From the IMG/VR virus record IMGVR_UViG_3300037067_003438: 20,000 nucleotides of DNA; one strand, written 5' to 3'. The notes beneath the pieces are model-generated. The model was not told where the DNA came from, made no database searches, and was given only the letters and a program-made list of their open reading frames with translations. This stretch comes from an uncultured virus (IMG/VR IMGVR_UViG_3300037067_003438) (taxonomy: Duplodnaviria; Heunggongvirae; Uroviricota; Caudoviricetes). Both the position numbers and the translations under genes were made by a program. This document shows, piece by piece, positions 14,726-20,000 of this stretch (position 1 is its first letter; each line of letters begins with the position of its first letter).

Positions 14726-14950
14726 TTATCCCTTTACGATAATGCCATTTGGAATAATCTCAGTGGCGTGTGGACTCTTAACCATATCGTCAATCTGGCA
14801 ATATAATTGATAGAAAAATTTCTGCATTGGCGTTGTCGCCCCAACAGTACGCCCCATCAACATGCCTAGCCATTCCATTTCCTGTTCAGTCAGGGAAATT
14901 TGATAGTCATACTCTACAGGGCGGGTAATTTCTTTCTTAATAATTTCCAT
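14726..14950 (-). CDS. Hypothetical protein, paralog family A
   Basis: MEI.KK.....DY.ISLTEQE...L..LMGR.VG...LY.QI. Confidence 0.7.
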   Translation of the reverse strand: MEIIKKEITRPVEYDYQISLTEQEMEWLGMLMGRTVGATTPMQKFFYQLYCQIDDMVKSPHATEIIPNGIIVKG

Positions 14951-14960
14951 TATTTTTTCC

Positions 14961-15416
14961 TTAATTAGAACTGATAGTACATTTACCTAAATTTTCTTTA
15001 GATAAAATATTTCCGTTATTATCTACTCTAACCTCGCCAGAAGCCCAAGAACAATTTTCAATATTATACTGAATATTCAACCATCCGTCTGGATTATGCT
15101 CGTCTGCCAATTCGGGGGTGTGTACCTGAATATCACCCGTATTATCATCAATAGAACCATCATAATTCAGGTTAGTGCATGGTACAAACTGATGATTCAA
15201 CATAAATTTAAGAATTTTGACAGCATCTTTTTTATCTTTAGCGGGAATACAAAATGGTGGAATTGGAAATTGTGGGGTAAAACATACCCGAAATTTTGTG
15301 GTAATTTGATTTTCTGGTATGTCATCTATAACGACCTTGGATAGTACTGACCATTCCAACCCCCTAACGACATCACTTTGTTCTTCGTCGGTATCCCATC
15401 CATATTTTGTAGACAT
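14961..15416 (-). CDS. Hypothetical protein
   Basis: 151-aa ORF, AAGGA RBS; RV...PQ.P..PF.IP motif. Confidence 0.7.
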   Translation of the reverse strand: MSTKYGWDTDEEQSDVVRGLEWSVLSKVVIDDIPENQITTKFRVCFTPQFPIPPFCIPAKDKKDAVKILKFMLNHQFVPCTNLNYDGSIDDNTGDIQVHTPELADEHNPDGWLNIQYNIENCSWASGEVRVDNNGNILSKENLGKCTISSN

Positions 15417-15561
15417 AATTCCAATCCTTCGTTAATCGAGAGTTAATCCCCACGGGAAATATTCCACTAACTAATTTTAATCGTTTGTTCTGATCTACGC
15501 TCGCAGGCTAGTAAGCTAAGGCTAATGGGATTTTTGACAAATATTTTCCCTAATATTTTCC

Positions 15562-15786
15562 CTAATTTTTTGAAGGAGGTAGACCACAATCCCGCCAATA
15601 ATGCTTAATACAATTGTTGGTTTTTATAGGGTGGGTTTGATAAGAATAATTGCATTTAATATTTTTTAATTCTACTTTTGTCGGACTTTCATACCACAAT
15701 AGACCAAACAAACAAATTCCGCTAAACAAACCAAGGGCGAAAAAGGACATACTAAAGAGTAGAATAATCATAGGTAGACCCACCAA
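15562..15786 (-). CDS. Putative membrane protein
   Basis: Hydrophobic N-terminal segment; start uncertain. Confidence 0.45.
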   Translation of the reverse strand: MVGLPMIILLFSMSFFALGLFSGICLFGLLWYESPTKVELKNIKCNYSYQTHPIKTNNCIKHYWRDCGLPPSKN

Positions 15787-15830
15787 AGAATTGACATAAA
15801 AGGTTATGTGGTAAGAGTTTCGTTATTGTC

Positions 15831-16085
15831 TTATTCACGCTTAATTAGTAGAATATCATTATTTCCCAATTCCTCTACAATAAAATCGGGTACCCAATTT
15901 GATGTCAAATTCCACCAACTATCTATTCCATCGTCAACATCCACTAGCGTATTTTTAATTTTGATAACAATACATCCGATATCACCATGCCCTGTTGTAC
16001 TGTCTATAATTCGGCATAGACGATTTTCGGGCATATCTCTAACACTAAATCGCTTGCGTTGACCGGTTTTAATTATAGATAACAT
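15831..16085 (-). CDS. Hypothetical protein, paralog family B
   Basis: F.V.DMP.N.LCRII...IG.IVIK...VD.G..WW...F.VE.L..ND.L.I. Confidence 0.8.
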   Translation of the reverse strand: MLSIIKTGQRKRFSVRDMPENRLCRIIDSTTGHGDIGCIVIKIKNTLVDVDDGIDSWWNLTSNWVPDFIVEELGNNDILLIKRE

Positions 16086-16166
16086 GGGAAATTATCCTAA
16101 ATAAATTGAGGTAAACCTATACATGGAAAAGGGTTAGTTGAATCACTGATTTAATCACTATATTCA

Positions 16167-16194
16167 ATTATACATTCTTAGAATGGTTTGTCAA
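16167..16194 (-). promoter_or_regulatory. Promoter repeat, copy 12
   Basis: TTGACA aaccattctaagaatg TATAAT. Confidence 0.85.
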
Positions 16195-16398
16195 GTGGTT
16201 TTTTTGATAGTTGATCTTCGCCAGACGCCACATATACTTAGGTACTTCACCCTTGGCGGCGTGAATTTTAAGGGATAGGACAATAAATTTAGCCATATTT
16301 CCGGGTAAATTTAGCCCTTCGTCAATAATTCTTTGTTGTTCTTCACACAAATTCATAAAACGAAATTTAGCATATTGTTTAAGAGTAATACCAGACAT
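16168..16398 (-). CDS. Hypothetical protein; 3' end runs through promoter copy 12
   Basis: ATG 16398 preferred to TTG 16434; start uncertain. Confidence 0.5.
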   Translation of the reverse strand: MSGITLKQYAKFRFMNLCEEQQRIIDEGLNLPGNMAKFIVLSLKIHAAKGEVPKYMWRLAKINYQKNHLTNHSKNV

Positions 16399-16565
16399 AA
16401 GAGAATATACTGTAGGATGGAGATTGACTGTCAAGAAATATATACATGTATGATTGGAGTATACAGTGTATGAAATAACTATACACCTGTCTTGTCCACA
16501 TATCGGGGTGACTATATCAATATGATATCACTTTGCTATCACAATCTGTAGTCAATTTGACGACA

Positions 16566-16859
16566 CTATCCAATTAACCCCCATTTTCTAGCTGTTTTCG
16601 CTAGTTCTAGCCCTTGTTCATGGGTCATATCTTGTGTCCATTCACATGCTTGAGCGAATCTAAAATCAGAAATGGCGGCTTTTTCTCTATCTAGGGTGGC
16701 GTAGATCTCCTCCCCTCGTTCGTCTAATTCTAACGTTCCTTTATCTATTCCAACAATATTGGCTAATTCATCTAACCCCCCCGCCACAATAATCATGGAA
16801 ATACCGATTGCCTCCATCTCGGGGGTAAAATTCATATCCTGAAAATATGGGTGGGTCAT
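16566..16859 (-). CDS. Hypothetical protein
   Basis: 97-aa ORF with GAGGT RBS. Confidence 0.75.
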   Translation of the reverse strand: MTHPYFQDMNFTPEMEAIGISMIIVAGGLDELANIVGIDKGTLELDERGEEIYATLDREKAAISDFRFAQACEWTQDMTHEQGLELAKTARKWGLIG

Positions 16860-16880
16860 AAAATTACCTCATTTTTATCC

Positions 16881-17053
16881 TGTTTGTATCGTTTTGCGTG
16901 CTATCGCGTTGATAGAGGTGCCGCTATACAATTTTTGGGTCTGAAAAAATGCTTGACTTGTTGCTTTTATAACTCGACATATACCAAAAAAACCTGAGGA
17001 AAATACAAACTTTTTTGTTGGATTTTTTATGGTATGTTTGTATCGTTTTGCGT
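16881..17053. repeat. Exact 19-bp direct repeat TGTTTGTATCGTTTTGCGT (16881-16899 and 17035-17053)
   Basis: Read directly; flanks an AT-rich non-coding segment. Confidence 0.85.
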
Positions 17054-17313
17054 TATTGGATCGTAAGTGTGTCGTTTTTTTCCAATAATTCTACCATAAA
17101 TCTATCAGATGGCTCTAGGGTGACCGCATTACTCCACCACTCCTCACGTCCACAATCGACTAGCAACAACAAATTGGGTGTAGCCTTTAATACTACATAT
17201 CCAATATAGATCGGGCTTAGTCCCCATTTTATCACTCGACATAATTTGTTGAGTGGCATATCCTTGACTGTAAATTGTTGTGGTTCTGAATTTTTTTTGG
17301 TTAATTTTAGCAT
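17053..17313 (-). CDS. Hypothetical protein, paralog family B
   Basis: MLKLT...DMPLNKLCRVI.W...YIG...WW...VE.L; AGGAG RBS. Confidence 0.8.
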   Translation of the reverse strand: MLKLTKKNSEPQQFTVKDMPLNKLCRVIKWGLSPIYIGYVVLKATPNLLLLVDCGREEWWSNAVTLEPSDRFMVELLEKNDTLTIQ

Positions 17314-17482
17314 AATCTTCTCCTAAATTTTATCCTATTTTTTTGTGAATTTTGCCCTGTTTTGGCGTTAGTCTACTCACTTTCGCCATACAAACCCATA
17401 CAAATTCCTAAAACTATACATACCAGAATAAGTAGCTCCATGGGGGTAGTCCTTAAATAATTGTGAACATAATTTGTGTAGA

Positions 17483-17737
17483 CTACGCCAGCACGGTCAA
17501 TACATCCCCTGGGTTTAATTGTTCGACCACAAAAGTACCACTCATCAAATCAACATCCATCCACCAATAACCCTTTCCGGCGTCTATGTGGATAATGGTA
17601 TTTTGGTGAGTTTTAATGATAATATTTCCGATGTACATACTATGGCTCCATTGGATAATGCGGCACAACTTATTGACCGGCATTGTCTTGAGGTCAAAAA
17701 GGATGGGCTCAGGCTTGGTTGTGGTTAGTTTCAACAT
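17483..17737 (-). CDS. Hypothetical protein, paralog family B
   Basis: MLKLT...MPVNKLCRIIQW...YIG...WW...VEQL; AAGGAAA RBS. Confidence 0.8.
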   Translation of the reverse strand: MLKLTTTKPEPILFDLKTMPVNKLCRIIQWSHSMYIGNIIIKTHQNTIIHIDAGKGYWWMDVDLMSGTFVVEQLNPGDVLTVLA

Positions 17738-17823
17738 ACTAATTTCCTTTACAAAAGTGGATTTTTAACGATTGACTACCAAAATGGGTGGTTTTCTTGT
17801 AATCCGGGGTTGATGACGATTAT

Positions 17824-18033
17824 CTATTCTTTTGACAATAATACAGGTGTTGATATATAGCCTGCAATTTCTGTGGTATGTACTTCCACATAGGTATTAT
17901 CGGCAAACGTCAGTCCGACAAAATTACAGGCTGTTTTAATGTCCACCCCAATAATGGTCTTGCCTTTAAGATTATGCCAATTGAGGTAGCCGGATGATTT
18001 TAGGAAGCGGGGGTCGAATTTGGGACGTGCCAT
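17824..18033 (-). CDS. Hypothetical protein
   Basis: LKGKTI.GV....N.V.L.F.D pattern; AGGAG RBS. Confidence 0.7.
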   Translation of the reverse strand: MARPKFDPRFLKSSGYLNWHNLKGKTIIGVDIKTACNFVGLTFADNTYVEVHTTEIAGYISTPVLLSKE

Positions 18034-18044
18034 TAAACTCTCCT

Positions 18045-18072
18045 ATTATACTTTTTACAGTGGAATTGTCAA
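18045..18072 (-). promoter_or_regulatory. Promoter repeat, copy 13
   Basis: TTGACA attccactgtaaaaag TATAAT. Confidence 0.8.
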
Positions 18073-18073
18073 G

Positions 18074-18271
18074 TTAAAATATCCAAGATTCGACAACTAC
18101 GGGTCCATACATACCATTTTTCATCAAGGCGATATAGTTTGGTTTATCCCCAAGATAGGTGGTCATCAATTCGAGGATATATTCTTTCACTTGACTATTT
18201 GTGCCAAATGACCCATTATATCCAGAATAACTACAAAATCCAATCGCGGTAAATTGTCCAAAATCATCCAT
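18074..18271 (-). CDS. Hypothetical protein
   Basis: 65-aa ORF with GGGGA RBS. Confidence 0.6.
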   Translation of the reverse strand: MDDFGQFTAIGFCSYSGYNGSFGTNSQVKEYILELMTTYLGDKPNYIALMKNGMYGPVVVESWIF

Positions 18272-18296
18272 GGCATATCCCCAAAAATAGATTGAG

Positions 18297-18322
18297 AAAA
18301 AAATCCCCCTTTTTGAAGGGAA
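18297..18322 (-). terminator. Intrinsic terminator after the DUF932 gene
   Basis: TTCCCTT-CAAA-AAGGGGG followed by A and T7. Confidence 0.6.
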
Positions 18323-18346
18323 GGGGTGAAACCCGAAAGAGGTGGA

Positions 18347-19303
18347 TTAACTGGCCATACGGATGGCTTCCGTAAACGCACGTTGATTTATATTGGCACC
18401 CGCCCCGAACCAGAGGGAGTCAAGACGGTTTGACTGGGTTCGCCCCTGTCGATAGGAAAGATATTCGGTAATACCGTTATAAGCACCCCACCACGTACCA
18501 CGGGCGTTGTCTTGCCCAATACCATTAACGGCTAGGTTGATGATGTCCGCCAACTTAGTGCGGGATTGTGGACTATCCTTCTCTTCAGTCATGCCCATAA
18601 CTACCTTGACGTAGGCGATCAGGTCTTTCCCGTTGACACCCTTGTTCGCCAACATACGGTATTGTTCTGCGGTAGCAAGGAATTCTTGGCGAGCCAAATC
18701 CATAACTTCGTGAATAGTAGAAAGATTGCTTTCCACCTTACTGGAATGACGTACTCTCACCAACTTTGAAGAGGCAGAGTCATGGGCCATAGAGAGGGTA
18801 TTCTGGCAAACCACCCGAATGGGGGTAAAGCCAGCTCTGACTGCCCCAATGCCGTGAACATTGGACAAGAGGATATACGACTCAACAGGGTCAGAACCCT
18901 TGACGATATCCACGGGGTCGATGGATGTCTTAGCCAGACACCACACCTTCTCCCCATGCCCCAAACTACCGCACGTCTCGATAGCACACATCTTGCTGTC
19001 TAGCCACGGTTGGAACCAGCTAAAAATCTTGTTGTTTTGTAGAGGGGTCCAATGGGGCCCAACGACATTGAGAATAGCATTATTATCCAGACGATAAACC
19101 GCCCTTTCTCGGATGGGAATACCGTCCACTGTTTGGAGTGCCTTCAAACCAACTTCAAAATCCAAACCCGCAACAGTAGAACATGCTGCCACATTATACT
19201 TCTCGGATTCGTCAATCCTGCTCCCCAAGCCATGCCAGGGGGTCTTTGTTCCAGCGTAAGCCATGTTAGCCTTACCATTTGTCATGTCGATATTCGCGGC
19301 CAT
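18347..19303 (-). CDS. DUF932 domain protein (phage/plasmid-like protein, TIGR03299 family)
   Basis: TPWHGLG, AGLDFEV, VG..W.PLQN, ETCGSL..G.KVW.LA, TPIRVVCQNTL, RHS, GTWWGAYNGITEY and SLWFG motifs; ATG 19303 after AGGAG. Confidence 0.9.
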   Translation of the reverse strand: MAANIDMTNGKANMAYAGTKTPWHGLGSRIDESEKYNVAACSTVAGLDFEVGLKALQTVDGIPIRERAVYRLDNNAILNVVGPHWTPLQNNKIFSWFQPWLDSKMCAIETCGSLGHGEKVWCLAKTSIDPVDIVKGSDPVESYILLSNVHGIGAVRAGFTPIRVVCQNTLSMAHDSASSKLVRVRHSSKVESNLSTIHEVMDLARQEFLATAEQYRMLANKGVNGKDLIAYVKVVMGMTEEKDSPQSRTKLADIINLAVNGIGQDNARGTWWGAYNGITEYLSYRQGRTQSNRLDSLWFGAGANINQRAFTEAIRMAS

Positions 19304-19359
19304 TGTAACTACTCCTGGGGGGTATCCCCTGTAAAGGTGTTTCACTCTCAACTAAATCT

Positions 19360-19387
19360 ATTCTACATTCTTAAACCGATTTGTCAA
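19360..19387 (-). promoter_or_regulatory. Promoter repeat, copy 14
   Basis: TTGACA aatcggtttaagaatg TAGAAT. Confidence 0.8.
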
Positions 19388-19402
19388 CTAAAAATCCGAA
19401 AA

Positions 19403-19636
19403 CTATCTGGTTGTGTGTAGATTGACCATTTCCTCTACACTGCCCACACTGTTAATGGTAATGGTATAATTTTCCCCTCGGAATTCCACCCCGCCGTCTT
19501 TCCATAGGGTAATCATAGCCAGGGTCATGCCCTCGACTTGCCAATAAAATGTTGCCACATCATCATTATTGTTGGCGTTGGCGATTAGGTTCATTTCTGC
19601 TCCAAGGTTAGTGGTTTGTTTCATTCTCACTGCCAC
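19403..19636 (-). CDS. Hypothetical protein (start uncertain: GTG 19636, GTG 19630 or ATG 19624)
   Basis: ORF directly downstream of promoter copy 15. Confidence 0.6.
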   Translation of the reverse strand: MAVRMKQTTNLGAEMNLIANANNNDDVATFYWQVEGMTLAMITLWKDGGVEFRGENYTITINSVGSVEEMVNLHTTR

Positions 19637-19637
19637 A

Positions 19638-19665
19638 ATTCTACTTTCTTAAAATGGTTTGTCAA
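19638..19665 (-). promoter_or_regulatory. Promoter repeat, copy 15
   Basis: TTGACA aaccattttaagaaag TAGAAT. Confidence 0.8.
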
Positions 19666-19976
19666 GTAAAATTTTTCCCCGGATATTCTGGTCCGTACAA
19701 TCCACGTCGCCGATCTTGATCTTCCGTATCTTGATCCAGTATATTACGGGCGTCTTCTTGCCCGCGAAGATAATTTTGCACAAAATTCTTGACACTCTTG
19801 GGGATACGTTCCGGGAAGGTAAATGCTACTTGTCGATTGTGTCGGTAGAAAATGGGATAGTCGATAAACAGTTTTTTGACATTTTCTACGGTAATACTAA
19901 TTCGACCGTTCGGCAAATTCACCTGGGTGATATGCCAATTTCCGATATCTTTGATTGTTTCGCGGTGGTGAACCAT
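19662..19976 (-). CDS. Hypothetical protein
   Basis: 104-aa ORF, AAGGGAG RBS; DYPI.Y....A...PE.IP..VK motif. Confidence 0.7.
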   Translation of the reverse strand: MVHHRETIKDIGNWHITQVNLPNGRISITVENVKKLFIDYPIFYRHNRQVAFTFPERIPKSVKNFVQNYLRGQEDARNILDQDTEDQDRRRGLYGPEYPGKNFT

Positions 19977-20000
19977 GAGATATGCTCCCTTGAATGATTT

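Noticed and set aside
15541..15565. Short tandem repeat ATATTTTCCCTA x2
   Set aside because: Low-complexity AT-rich duplication with no further support.
16404..16434. Sixteenth promoter copy (TTGACA at 16429-16434)
   Set aside because: The nearest -10-like hexamer (TATATT) is 19 bp away and the AGAATG spacer motif is absent.
3702..18987. Nested minus-strand alternative-frame ORFs (3702-3887, 4156-4368, 18187-18381, 18757-18987) and the upstream part of 14045-14320
   Set aside because: They overlap better-supported genes or terminators in another frame.
12..19665. Repeated ~28-bp element interpreted as a CRISPR array or integron attC sites
   Set aside because: Spacing is irregular (0.3-2.5 kb), copies are degenerate and non-palindromic, they match -35/-10 boxes, and no cas or integrase gene is in the window.
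219..19997. All plus-strand ORFs in the track (e.g. 219-407, 3833-4147, 12058-12432, 19052-19420, 19659-19997)
   Set aside because: They are antisense shadows of better-supported minus-strand genes or of the tRNA intron, with no recognisable motifs.
1..20000. Stop-codon reassignment (TGA or TAG recoding)
   Set aside because: Long genes (sigma factor, DUF932, DUF2786) are intact under code 11, and TAA, TGA and TAG all end ORFs at gene boundaries.

Overview
AT-rich bacteriophage DNA, most likely the early or host-takeover region of a large tailed phage. About 55 short, tightly packed ORFs all lie on the minus strand; no structural, replication or lysis genes are recognisable. Recognisable proteins: a sigma-70-family sigma factor (12168-12872), a DUF932/TIGR03299-type protein (18347-19303), a DUF2786 protein, a WYL-like protein, an HTH protein, an Rmf/CrpP-fold peptide and several zinc-ribbon/SH3-like microproteins. 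There are two tRNA genes: tRNA-Ile(UAU), and tRNA-Lys(UUU) interrupted by a compact (~188 nt) group I intron. The main organising feature is 15 copies of a ~28-bp promoter element (TTGACA-N16-TATAAT, often with AGAATG just before the -10). In 10 of 15 copies the -35 box contains, or lies 1 nt after, the end of the upstream gene, giving a cassette-like 'promoter + microgenes' array. Three internal paralog families, a probable AUA start codon, a hyper-acidic peptide and several structured intergenic RNA candidates were also found by reading the sequence. All family assignments come from motif recognition by eye; no database searches were run.
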